A DNA stretch of 64,000 nucleotides, taken from Clostridia bacterium. Lineage in GTDB: Bacteria; Bacillota; Clostridia; UMGS1810. The first letter of the stretch is position 1, and each line of letters opens with the position of its first letter. This document shows positions 8,974 to 17,673 of this stretch, piece after piece. The notes beneath the pieces are model-generated. The model had not been told where the DNA came from and ran no database searches. It saw only the letters and a list, made by a program, of their open reading frames with translations. The stretch spans positions 2,004 to 66,003 of the forward strand of contig JAZQZC010000036.1 in assembly GCA_045633845.1 (NCBI GenBank), read 5' to 3'. The translations under genes were made by a program, and so were the position numbers.

Positions 8974-9435
8974 TTATTCCTCAACAACATCCTCCAACAG
9001 ATTATCTCCGTTAATCGCACTTGTTGCAAGCTTGTCACAACGCTCATTTTCGGGGTGACCTGCGTGCCCCTTTACCCATACAAATTCCACATTGTGCCGC
9101 TCAAGCTGAATAACCAGTCTTTTAAACAAATCCACATTTTTTGCTTTTTCGCTTTTGGTTCGGTACCAGTTGTTGCTTTTCCACTTTTCTATCCAGCCCA
9201 TATTTACGGAATCGACAAGATATTTTGAGTCACTTGTCAGCACAACATTGCACGGCTCTTTTAACGTCTCAAGTGCAACTACTGCCGCAAGTATTTCCAT
9301 TCTGTTGTTTGTAGTGCTCAAATAGCCCGCACTCAGCTCTTTTGTTGCTCCGTTGTATTCGAGTATTGCACCATAGCCGCCCTTGCCCGGATTGCCGCTG
9401 CAGGCGCCGTCTGTATATACCTTTACATTTTTCAT
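8974..9435 (-). CDS. rnhA: Ribonuclease HI
   Basis: VYTDGACSGNPGKGGYG, TNNRMEILA, WVKGHAGHPENERCDKLA. Start taken at MKNVKVY, with GGAG 8 nt upstream. Confidence 0.9.
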   Translation of the reverse strand: MKNVKVYTDGACSGNPGKGGYGAILEYNGATKELSAGYLSTTNNRMEILAAVVALETLKEPCNVVLTSDSKYLVDSVNMGWIEKWKSNNWYRTKSEKAKNVDLFKRLVIQLERHNVEFVWVKGHAGHPENERCDKLATSAINGDNLLEDVVEE

Positions 9436-9459
9436 AAAAATCTCCATCTTTCGGCTATA

Positions 9460-10335
9460 TCAAATATCCTGCTCATCATCTGCAGCTTGCTTTGCAGGTG
9501 TCAGCAGGTAATTATCAATAGTAGGATATACCGAAAATGTTATTACATATCCCACAAATGCCAATGATATAATAAATGCCGCTATTGCACCATAAAACAT
9601 ATAATATACGCTTGCAAAAAGCACAGCTCCCACAATAATGCTTATAAATATATTAAGGGGCAGCTTTGCAAAGGCAAACAAAAATGCATTATGAAATATA
9701 TCCTTGAGTTTTAGCTTAAATGTTACCATCATAACGTATATATAATAGTGCATCCAAAGGTAAACAAGTGCAAAAACACAAATTGTCGCCATAAGATACG
9801 GTGCCGCAGATACAAGCTCAGGAGCCCAGTCTTTTGCCATATATCCGTAAAAAACAAGTGCAACATACATAACTGTGCAAAGCACAAGGTCAAGTATTGC
9901 CATAAGGGTGCCTTGCTTAAAGTTCTTTTTAAAGTTGTCAAAAAAGTCGCTGAGCACCCACGCGTGCTCCTGCCTCTGAAAGTTGCGGATTACATATGTA
10001 AAGCCCGCAGTTGCAGGCCCTGCAACAAACAGCGATGCCACAAGTACAATGAGTCCGATAATATCTCCCGAAAGCACAATGAGAGGATAATCCCTTAAAT
10101 CCTGCACATTTATTACTCCGTCAGCCATTATGGCAGGGTTTACTCTGAGAGAGAGTAACAGACCTATAACAAGGGGTATAAGTGTTATTGCATATATCAT
10201 ATTAAGCTGTATAAGCTTGCCCGGCTTTCGCCCAAAAAGCTCAAAAAACAAGAAAAAACGATGCTTTTCGGGTGCGTCCTTTTCAACACCCGGACCTTCC
10301 TTTAAATAGTTGTTAAATAAACCCATCAAATTCAT
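9460..10335 (-). CDS. DUF624 (YesL-like) membrane protein
   Basis: The N-terminus FNNYLKEGPGVEKDAPEKHRFFLFFELFGRK followed by multiple TM segments is typical of YesL-family proteins next to sugar ABC loci. Confidence 0.65.
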   Translation of the reverse strand: MNLMGLFNNYLKEGPGVEKDAPEKHRFFLFFELFGRKPGKLIQLNMIYAITLIPLVIGLLLSLRVNPAIMADGVINVQDLRDYPLIVLSGDIIGLIVLVASLFVAGPATAGFTYVIRNFQRQEHAWVLSDFFDNFKKNFKQGTLMAILDLVLCTVMYVALVFYGYMAKDWAPELVSAAPYLMATICVFALVYLWMHYYIYVMMVTFKLKLKDIFHNAFLFAFAKLPLNIFISIIVGAVLFASVYYMFYGAIAAFIISLAFVGYVITFSVYPTIDNYLLTPAKQAADDEQDI

Positions 10336-10446
10336 TTCCTTTCAGTAATATATAAAAGAGTATATCACGAATACGCATAAAAATCAAATATATTTTGTTG
10401 TCATATTGCTAGTTTTGTGATATACTGAACTGAGGTAGGTGATTGT

Positions 10447-11175
10447 ATGAAAAAAACTGCAATAATTACAGGCGGTACACGCGGTATAGGAGCTGCCTGT
10501 GCAAAAAGGCTATACGATATGAACTATAATATTGTGCTTGTATATTCCTCTGACGATGTTGCCGCAAACAGCTTTACTGAGGGCAGAGATATGACACGCA
10601 TAATGCTTGTAAAAGCAGATGTGTCCGACTTTGATGCAATGCAGAAAATGGGGCAAAAGGTAATGCAAAAATTCGGCTCGGTTGAAGTACTTATTAACAA
10701 TGCAGGTATTGCAAGCCAAAAAATGATTAACGATATTTCGGAATACGAGTGGGACAGAATGTTTGCCGTAAACACAAAGGGCTGCTTTAACTGCGTAAAG
10801 GCAGTGCTCTCCTGTATGATACACAACAAATACGGCAGAATTATTAATGTTGCATCAATTTGGGGCGAGGTTGGAGCTTCCTGCGAGGTTCATTATTCCG
10901 CCTCAAAAGCTGCTGTAATCGGCTTTACAAAGGCTCTGGCAAAAGAGCTTGCACCGTCGGGCATTACTGTAAACTGTATATCTCCTGGAGTTATTGATAC
11001 CGATATGAATTCACACCTTGGCAAGGAGGTTTTGCGCGAGCTTGCCGACGAAACACCTGTTGGCAGAATAGGCACTGCCGACGACATTGCCCATGCAGTG
11101 GAGTTTTTGATATCAGACAAATCATCTTTTATAACAGGTCAGATTATTGGTATAAACGGCGGATTTGTAATTTAA
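10447..11175 (+). CDS. Short-chain dehydrogenase/reductase, 3-oxoacyl-ACP reductase-like
   Basis: TGGTRGIG Rossmann motif, NNAG, and catalytic YSASKAAV. Confidence 0.85.
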   Translation: MKKTAIITGGTRGIGAACAKRLYDMNYNIVLVYSSDDVAANSFTEGRDMTRIMLVKADVSDFDAMQKMGQKVMQKFGSVEVLINNAGIASQKMINDISEYEWDRMFAVNTKGCFNCVKAVLSCMIHNKYGRIINVASIWGEVGASCEVHYSASKAAVIGFTKALAKELAPSGITVNCISPGVIDTDMNSHLGKEVLRELADETPVGRIGTADDIAHAVEFLISDKSSFITGQIIGINGGFVI

Positions 11176-11216
11176 ATATTATCTTACATAAAATTTATAA
11201 AGGTTAAAGCTAATGA

Positions 11217-11457
11217 GCAAAATCGGTGCAAACAGAGTCTGCATATGATATGGTTTTTACAAGTTGTTTTTATATTTTGCCCGATTTGGTGGTAAAATGC
11301 CAAGAACAAAATAAGTTCCATAATTATCTTGGCATTTTAGCGCAACCACGACGAAAAAATTTCGGCGGCTTTGCGCGTGCCATTAAATCGGGTAAAATAT
11401 AAATTACAAATTGTTAAACCACTTATCATCCGCAGACGACGTTTGCACCGATTTTGC
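11217..11457. repeat. 241-bp rod-like palindromic element (family 3, single copy in window)
   Basis: 17-bp perfect termini GCAAAATCGGTGCAAAC / GTTTGCACCGATTTTGC. Nested inverted repeats include GTCTGC/GCAGAC, TATATTTTGCCCGATTT/AAATCGGGTAAAATATA and AAAATGCCAAG/CTTGGCATTTT. Confidence 0.85.
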
Positions 11458-11571
11458 AAATTTTACATCCACATTATTTTTAGTTTGTTCACAATTCACT
11501 AATGTTTTTTTAATGTTAAAATGATATACTTGTTAATATAATAAAGCATATTGTGTAAAAGGAGACCAACT

Positions 11572-13350
11572 ATGAAAATTTTAAAGCTTCTTGACGGAAA
11601 AGTAAATTTAAAATTAGGCAAAAAAAGTCTGGAAATCAGCAAAAAAATTCTGGCAATCATAATTGCGGCATTGCTTGTAGTTTTTGTGTTTACATATTCA
11701 TTTTTTACAGGCAGCGACAAAACATCCGCTGAGCTTGTTAACGCCCAGGTTACAAGAGGTGACATTGTAAGCTCTATTGAGGGTACAGGAGTAATTGAGG
11801 CAATTAATCAGTACGAGGTAACCTCTCTTGCAAAAGGTGATATAATTGCCGATTATTTTGAAGAAGGCGACTATGTAGAAAAGGACCAGCTCCTTTACGA
11901 GATGGACAGCTCTTCTGTAGCAAGCACTATTGAGAGGGCGCAGTCAAGTCTTGAAAAAGCGCAGATGAATTACGACCAGGCAACCGAAGATGTTGCCAAC
12001 CTTAATATAAAGGCAGACATTTCGGGTGTTATTACATCACTCAACATTAAAAAGGGCGACCAGGTAGGCAACAATACAGTTGTTGCTGAGATTATAGACA
12101 GAAGTACAATGCTGCTCCGTATTCCATTTAATGCAAACGATGCACAAAAGCTTTGGGTGGGGCAGAGTGCTACAGTAAACTTAGAGAGCTCATTTACTTC
12201 GGTAAACGGCAAGGTTTCAAGAATTGCAACAGGCTCAACCATCAACTCCTATGGTGTTGCAGTAACAAACGTTGAGCTTGAGGTACCTAACCCCGGCTCC
12301 ATTAAGCCAGGTGACAAGGCTACTGTTGTAGCAGGAGATTGTGCTTGCAACGACGCAGGTGAATTTGAATATAAAAATGAGTCTACAATCACCGCAAAGG
12401 TGTCGGGCAAGGTTACGGCTTTAAATTACCACGAGGGTGACAAAATTTCGCAAGGCGCAGTAATTGCGCGTCTGGAGAGTGACAGCGTAACATTAAGCGC
12501 ACGCTCAAACAGGCTTTCGCTCAATGATGCGGTAAGCTCACTCAAGGATGCGCAGGAAACTCTTGACGATTACAGAATAACGGCGCCTATTTCGGGCAAG
12601 GTTATAGAAAAAACTGCAAAAGCAGGCGAAAAGCTTGACACAAACTCATCCTCAACAATGGCAATCATTGCAGACCTTTCATCACTTATATTTGAAATGA
12701 GCATTGATGAGCTTGATATAAGCAAAATCAAAGTGGGTCAGGAGGTTCAGATAACTGCCGATGCAATAGAAAATACCACTTTTACAGGAACTGTAACAAG
12801 TGTAAGCATAGTAGGAACTTCGACTCAGGGTGTTACAAGCTATCCTGTAAAGGTTACTATACAAGACGGCGAGGACAGCGGACTTATACCGGGAATGAAC
12901 GTAACCGGTAATATTATAGTTGAATCGGTAGAGGACGTACTCCGCGTACCTGTTTCGGCAGTAAGAAGAGGCAACTTTGTTATAGTTAAGGATGACGGAA
13001 CAGTTGACCAAGCAAATTACGATGACGGAACAGTTGACGAAGCAAATTACGATGACGGAGCAAAGCTTGACGATGCAGACAAACAGGCAGCACGCCTTGA
13101 AAATATGAAAAAACAGCTTGACATACCTGACGGATATACAGTTGTTCAGGTAGAAACAGGCTTAAGTAATAATACATTTATCGAAATTAAGAGCGGACTT
13201 TCCGAGGGGCAGACAGTTTTACTTCCCGATACCACCGAATCAGCCGCAGCAACTCAGCAAGGTATGATGGGCGGTATGAGAGGAATGCCCGGTGGAATGG
13301 GCGGTATGCCTTCAGGCGGAGGAATGCCCAGTGGCGGTATGCGCCAATAA
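11572..13350 (+). CDS. HlyD/MacA-type efflux adaptor (membrane-fusion protein)
   Basis: N-terminal TM segment, coiled-coil and lipoyl/beta-barrel blocks (ITAPISGKVIEK), directly upstream of MacB-type ATPase and FtsX permease genes. ATG 11572 follows AAGGAG. The C-terminus carries a Gly-Met-rich tail. Confidence 0.85.
   Translation: MKILKLLDGKVNLKLGKKSLEISKKILAIIIAALLVVFVFTYSFFTGSDKTSAELVNAQVTRGDIVSSIEGTGVIEAINQYEVTSLAKGDIIADYFEEGDYVEKDQLLYEMDSSSVASTIERAQSSLEKAQMNYDQATEDVANLNIKADISGVITSLNIKKGDQVGNNTVVAEIIDRSTMLLRIPFNANDAQKLWVGQSATVNLESSFTSVNGKVSRIATGSTINSYGVAVTNVELEVPNPGSIKPGDKATVVAGDCACNDAGEFEYKNESTITAKVSGKVTALNYHEGDKISQGAVIARLESDSVTLSARSNRLSLNDAVSSLKDAQETLDDYRITAPISGKVIEKTAKAGEKLDTNSSSTMAIIADLSSLIFEMSIDELDISKIKVGQEVQITADAIENTTFTGTVTSVSIVGTSTQGVTSYPVKVTIQDGEDSGLIPGMNVTGNIIVESVEDVLRVPVSAVRRGNFVIVKDDGTVDQANYDDGTVDEANYDDGAKLDDADKQAARLENMKKQLDIPDGYTVVQVETGLSNNTFIEIKSGLSEGQTVLLPDTTESAAATQQGMMGGMRGMPGGMGGMPSGGGMPSGGMRQ
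12991..13059 (+). repeat. In-frame 30-bp tandem duplication inside the adaptor gene
   Basis: GATGACGGAACAGTTGACCAAGCAAATTAC is repeated at 13021 with one mismatch, plus 9 nt of a third unit. It encodes DDGTVDQANY DDGTVDEANY DDG. Confidence 0.9.
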
Positions 13351-13378
13351 GCATCAGTAAAGGAGATATAGCCGCATA

Positions 13379-14065
13379 ATGATAGAATTAAAAAACATAT
13401 ACAAAATTTACTCAGACGGCGACAGCGAAATAAGAGCACTTGACGGCGTATCACTGCATGTGTCACAAGGTGAATTTGTATGTATTGTAGGCTCTTCGGG
13501 TTCGGGTAAATCCACCTGTATGAACATCATAGGCTGCCTTGACATCCCCACAACAGGTGAATATTGGCTTAATGGCACCGATGTCAGCACAATGGGCGAA
13601 AAGGAGCTTGCTCACATACGCAATCGCGAGCTTGGATTTATTTTTCAGCAATACAATCTCATTCCAAAGCTCACTGTGCTTGAAAATGTGGAGCTTCCAC
13701 TTTTGTACAAGGGCTTAAAGCCCGCCGAAAGAACGGAAATGGCAAAAAAAGCTCTCCAAAGAGTAGGACTTGCCGACAGAGCCAAAAAATATCCGTCACA
13801 GCTTTCGGGAGGTCAGCAGCAGAGAGTGTCTATTGCACGTGCTCTTGCAGGCAACCCGCCTGTTATACTTGCCGACGAACCCACAGGTGCACTTGATTCA
13901 AAAACAGGTAGAGAAGTGCTTGAATTTTTAAAGCAGCTAAACCGCGAGGGCACAACAATAGTACTTATCACTCATGACAACTCAATAGCTGACCAAATAA
14001 AGCGCGTAGTGCGAATTCACGACGGAAAAATAGTTGCCGATGAGGTAAAGGAGGATGCACAATGA
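13379..14065 (+). CDS. ABC transporter ATP-binding protein, MacB/LolD type
   Basis: Walker A GSSGSGKST, signature LSGGQQQRV, Walker B ILADEPTGALD. Confidence 0.92.
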   Translation: MIELKNIYKIYSDGDSEIRALDGVSLHVSQGEFVCIVGSSGSGKSTCMNIIGCLDIPTTGEYWLNGTDVSTMGEKELAHIRNRELGFIFQQYNLIPKLTVLENVELPLLYKGLKPAERTEMAKKALQRVGLADRAKKYPSQLSGGQQQRVSIARALAGNPPVILADEPTGALDSKTGREVLEFLKQLNREGTTIVLITHDNSIADQIKRVVRIHDGKIVADEVKEDAQ

Positions 14066-15240
14066 ATATAAAACAGGCATTCGGCCTTGCACTCAAAAGC
14101 CTTGCCGGAAGCAAAATGCGCTCATTTTTGACAATGCTGGGCATCATTATCGGTGTTGCAGCGGTTATAGTTATTGTAAGCATAGTAAATGGTATGACTC
14201 AGGATGTTTTGAGTGAGTTTGAAAATCTTGGTGCTACCACAATAACAGTAAGCGTAAGGGGCAGAGGCGGCAACAGAAGCGTATCTATAGATGATATGCA
14301 AAATCTTGTTGACGACAACCCCCAATACCTTGAGTCTATGACACCAAACATTGTGGTTGCAGGCGCAACTGCCAAAAACGGCAGCACAAATGTTGATGTC
14401 TCAAGCTGTGTGGGCGTTAACGAAAATTATGCTCACATTAAGGGGCTCACAATAGAACAGGGCAGAAGCATCGAATATGTGGATTGCGAAGCAATACTGC
14501 GTAACTGTGTAATAGGCACATATATAGCAAATGAGCTGTACGGAACCAACGATGTTGTAGGTGAAACAATAAAGCTTAACGGATATTCATTTCAGATTGT
14601 GGGCGTACTTGAAGAAACTGCCGACAGTGAAGAGGCAAGCGCCGATGATGTGATAATTATTCCGTACACAATGGCATCGAGAGTGTCAAACAGCTTTACA
14701 ATGGGCAGCTATACCTTTAATGCCACAAGCAAAGAGGTTGCTGACAAGGCTCAGGATTTTATTGAGGAATATCTTTTTGGTGTGTTTTCAAATACCAATG
14801 CTTACACGGTGAGCAATATGGCAAGTATAATAGAGGTTATCAATGAGCTCACTGACACAATGTCCCTTGTGCTTGCGGGTGTTGCAGGTGTTTCGCTTCT
14901 TGTTGGCGGCATCGGTATTATGAACATAATGCTTGTGTCGGTAACAGAGCGCACAAGAGAGATAGGTATACGCAAATCCCTCGGTGCCACGCCGTGGGAT
15001 ATAATGAGCCAGTTTGTTGTAGAAGCAATAACTACAAGCTGTATAGGAGGGGTAATTGGCATCCTGCTTGGTATTGCCGGGTCGTATGCCGCCACGCTGT
15101 TTGGATTGACAGCGATACCATCCGTTCCGGCTATGCTTATATCTTTTACTGTATCTGCATTTGTAGGTATAGCATTTGGTTATTTCCCTGCAAAAAAAGC
15201 AGCATCGCTCAATCCGATAGATGCTTTGCGATATGATTAA
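14062..15240 (+). CDS. ABC transporter permease, FtsX/MacB type
   Basis: MacB_PCD-like extracytoplasmic domain between TM1 and TM2. C-terminal FtsX block RTREIGIRKSLGAT...AKKAASLNPIDALRYD. Overlaps the ATPase stop by 4 nt. Confidence 0.9.
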   Translation: MNIKQAFGLALKSLAGSKMRSFLTMLGIIIGVAAVIVIVSIVNGMTQDVLSEFENLGATTITVSVRGRGGNRSVSIDDMQNLVDDNPQYLESMTPNIVVAGATAKNGSTNVDVSSCVGVNENYAHIKGLTIEQGRSIEYVDCEAILRNCVIGTYIANELYGTNDVVGETIKLNGYSFQIVGVLEETADSEEASADDVIIIPYTMASRVSNSFTMGSYTFNATSKEVADKAQDFIEEYLFGVFSNTNAYTVSNMASIIEVINELTDTMSLVLAGVAGVSLLVGGIGIMNIMLVSVTERTREIGIRKSLGATPWDIMSQFVVEAITTSCIGGVIGILLGIAGSYAATLFGLTAIPSVPAMLISFTVSAFVGIAFGYFPAKKAASLNPIDALRYD

Positions 15241-15259
15241 AAAAGGAGTTGATTTAAAT

Positions 15260-17566
15260 ATGAAAAAAAGAATTTTGTGTTTAATAGTGGTATTATCAAT
15301 GCTGCTTTGCTCATATCCAACACTAAGTTTTGCATCTGATGCTGCATACAACGAGGAGAGTGCAATAACTCTTGTTAAAACACTCCAAATAATGATTGGC
15401 GACGAAAACGGCGATATGGAGCTTGACAAAAATGTTTCCAGAGCAGAATTTGCAAAAATTGCCGTTGTAATGTCGCAGTTTCGCAAAACAGTTGCAACAT
15501 CCGGTACAACATCGGTATTTTGGGACTGTACCTTTAAGCACTGGGCGTCACCATATGTAAGAGTTGCTGTTACAAACGGAATTATAACAGGATATCCCGA
15601 CGGCACCTTCCGCCCCGAAAACACTGTTGCTCTGGAGGAAGCAGTTACAATAATGCTTAAGCTCCTTGGCTATACAAACGATGATTTTGGCACCTCGTGG
15701 CCATATGGTCAGATGGGTATTGCAGCAAGCGCCCACATTCTTGACAACGTAGACAAAAACATAGGTGATACACTCAAGCGCAGGGATGTGTTAAAAATAG
15801 TATATAACACGCTTGTTGCAAATCCAAAAAATGCACAGAGCGTGTCGTCAAAGTATCTTGAACAGCTTGACTGCAACTTGTACGAGGATGCAATAATCAT
15901 TGCCACAAATAAGCAAAACAACTCTGTAACACCCGGCTATGTGCTCACAAGTGCAGGCACCTTTAAAATAAGCGGCAGCCTTGACGACGACCTTATTGGC
16001 CGCAAAGGCGACCTCATAACCGAAAACGGCAACGACTATGCGGGCTTTATGCCATCTGTTCAGACAGCGCAAAAGCACGTTGTATATTCAAGGCTCAGCG
16101 ATACACTTGTTACATACTGTGACGGTGCAATGACAAGCTTTTCGGTAGATTCAAACGTTACTGCATATTTAGATACAAACAAAACAACATACGGCTCTGT
16201 TAAAAGCTCAATTTCTACAGGTGACACCATTTATCTTATGAAAAATGCGTCGGGCAGCGTTGACTACATAACAGTTGCCACAAATAATATGGAGGGCCCA
16301 AAAACAGTTACTTCATCGGGATGGTACAATTCGTTTACATCTGATGTGTCGACTCTTACAGTTATGCGTGATGGTGTAAGGTCGGCTGCTTCGGATATTC
16401 AGACAAATGACATTGTGTACTATCTTGAGGATGTAAACACTGTGTTTGCATACAGCCGCAAAATTACAGGTGTGTACGAAAAAGCTACACCAAACAGAGA
16501 TATGCCTACTTCAATTACAGTGTCGGGTACACAATATACTCTCGAAACTGCTGCCGCATTTGACAAGGTTTCGTCAAACGGTGATTGCAAAATAGGTGAT
16601 ACTATCACACTTCTTATAGGCAAAGACGGTCAGGTTGCTGATGTTATGTCGGCAACCGGCTCAACCTCTGCAGTTGCGGGCTATCTTGTGGCAACAGGTA
16701 CAAAACAGTTTACAAATGCCGACGGCGATGCGTATTCTTCGGTATATGCGTCGCTTGTGTGCTCTGACGGCAACGAGCTTGAGGTTATTACAAGGAACGA
16801 CTATTCAACATATATCAACAAGGTAATGAATGTAAAATTCAACGATGGTGTTGCCTCTCTTTCGGTTGCAAAGGCAGACACAAATGTGTACGGAGCAGTT
16901 GACAGCGATACACTTAAAATTGGCACACACACCGTTGCCGAGGGAGCAAATATTCTTGATATAACAACCAACGACAGCGATGACGAGCCTGGAGCATATA
17001 CTGTTACATATCTGCAAAGGCTTGACGGAGTATATGTGGAAGCAAATAAGGTTTTGTACTGCAAAAAGAACAACAAGGGTGAAATATCCGATTTGATTCT
17101 CCAAAATGTAACAGGTGATGCATATAGCTACGGTGTAATAACAAACCTTACCGAAAGCGGCTCAAACGAGGGTATGTCGGTATCCTCCAAGCGATACACC
17201 TGTGATATTCTTGGAAAGCAGTACTCCTGCTCAATCAACTATGGCAGTACTTTTAAAAAGAGTATGCCTGCAGCGTTTATTCTCTCGGGAGGAAGCATTG
17301 TGGGTATGAAGGCTCTCAATCACTATTCGGGAGTTGTAAAAGCAGTTAACGAAGGTACAATCACAATTGCTTCAAATACTTATCTTTTGAGCGACGATGT
17401 GGCAGTGTACAAGGTAACGGCAAGCGGAAGCGCAACCTCTGCATTTACAATACTGCCTATAAGCGAGCTGAAAAATAATCTCAGTGACTATTCGGTATCC
17501 GCTTATTATGACAAAACTCAGGACAAGGGCGGAAGAGTTAGGGTAATAATAGCTAAGGAAAGATAA
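15260..17566 (+). CDS. SLH-domain cell-wall-anchored protein
   Basis: Signal peptide, then SLH repeats (VSRAEFAKIAVVM; HWASPYVRVAVTNGIITGYPDGTFRPENTVALEEAVTIMLKLLGY). The remainder is beta-rich and of unknown function. ATG 15260 follows AAGGAG. Confidence 0.75.
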   Translation: MKKRILCLIVVLSMLLCSYPTLSFASDAAYNEESAITLVKTLQIMIGDENGDMELDKNVSRAEFAKIAVVMSQFRKTVATSGTTSVFWDCTFKHWASPYVRVAVTNGIITGYPDGTFRPENTVALEEAVTIMLKLLGYTNDDFGTSWPYGQMGIAASAHILDNVDKNIGDTLKRRDVLKIVYNTLVANPKNAQSVSSKYLEQLDCNLYEDAIIIATNKQNNSVTPGYVLTSAGTFKISGSLDDDLIGRKGDLITENGNDYAGFMPSVQTAQKHVVYSRLSDTLVTYCDGAMTSFSVDSNVTAYLDTNKTTYGSVKSSISTGDTIYLMKNASGSVDYITVATNNMEGPKTVTSSGWYNSFTSDVSTLTVMRDGVRSAASDIQTNDIVYYLEDVNTVFAYSRKITGVYEKATPNRDMPTSITVSGTQYTLETAAAFDKVSSNGDCKIGDTITLLIGKDGQVADVMSATGSTSAVAGYLVATGTKQFTNADGDAYSSVYASLVCSDGNELEVITRNDYSTYINKVMNVKFNDGVASLSVAKADTNVYGAVDSDTLKIGTHTVAEGANILDITTNDSDDEPGAYTVTYLQRLDGVYVEANKVLYCKKNNKGEISDLILQNVTGDAYSYGVITNLTESGSNEGMSVSSKRYTCDILGKQYSCSINYGSTFKKSMPAAFILSGGSIVGMKALNHYSGVVKAVNEGTITIASNTYLLSDDVAVYKVTASGSATSAFTILPISELKNNLSDYSVSAYYDKTQDKGGRVRVIIAKER

Positions 17567-17570
17567 GTCG

Positions 17571-17620
17571 ACCTTCAAAAAAGGATGCACCGCAAATGCG
17601 GTGCATCCTTTTTTGAAGGT
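17571..17620. terminator. Bidirectional intrinsic terminator
   Basis: ACCTTCAAAAAAGGATGCACCGC-aaat-GCGGTGCATCCTTTTTTGAAGGT, a 23-bp stem containing A and T tracts. Confidence 0.85.
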
Positions 17621-17673
17621 CTTGTAATCTTAGTAGGGGTCGATGCCCACATCGACCCGAAAAATCATATAAA

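Noticed and set aside
8878-9228. A 116-aa plus-strand ORF downstream of the permease gene.
   Set aside because: It spans the bidirectional terminator and runs antisense to rnhA, which has unambiguous RNase H motifs.
14788-15624. Long antisense ORFs overlap well-supported genes: 14788-15624 (-), 19332-20117 (+), 24359-25312 (+), 47107-47637 (+), 48260-48829 (+), 54466-55053 (-) and 61049-61522 (-).
   Set aside because: Each lies entirely opposite a gene with clear family motifs. Their translations are Cys/Phe/Leu-rich and low in complexity, they lack ribosome-binding sites, and they are the usual by-product of AT-rich codon usage on the coding strand.
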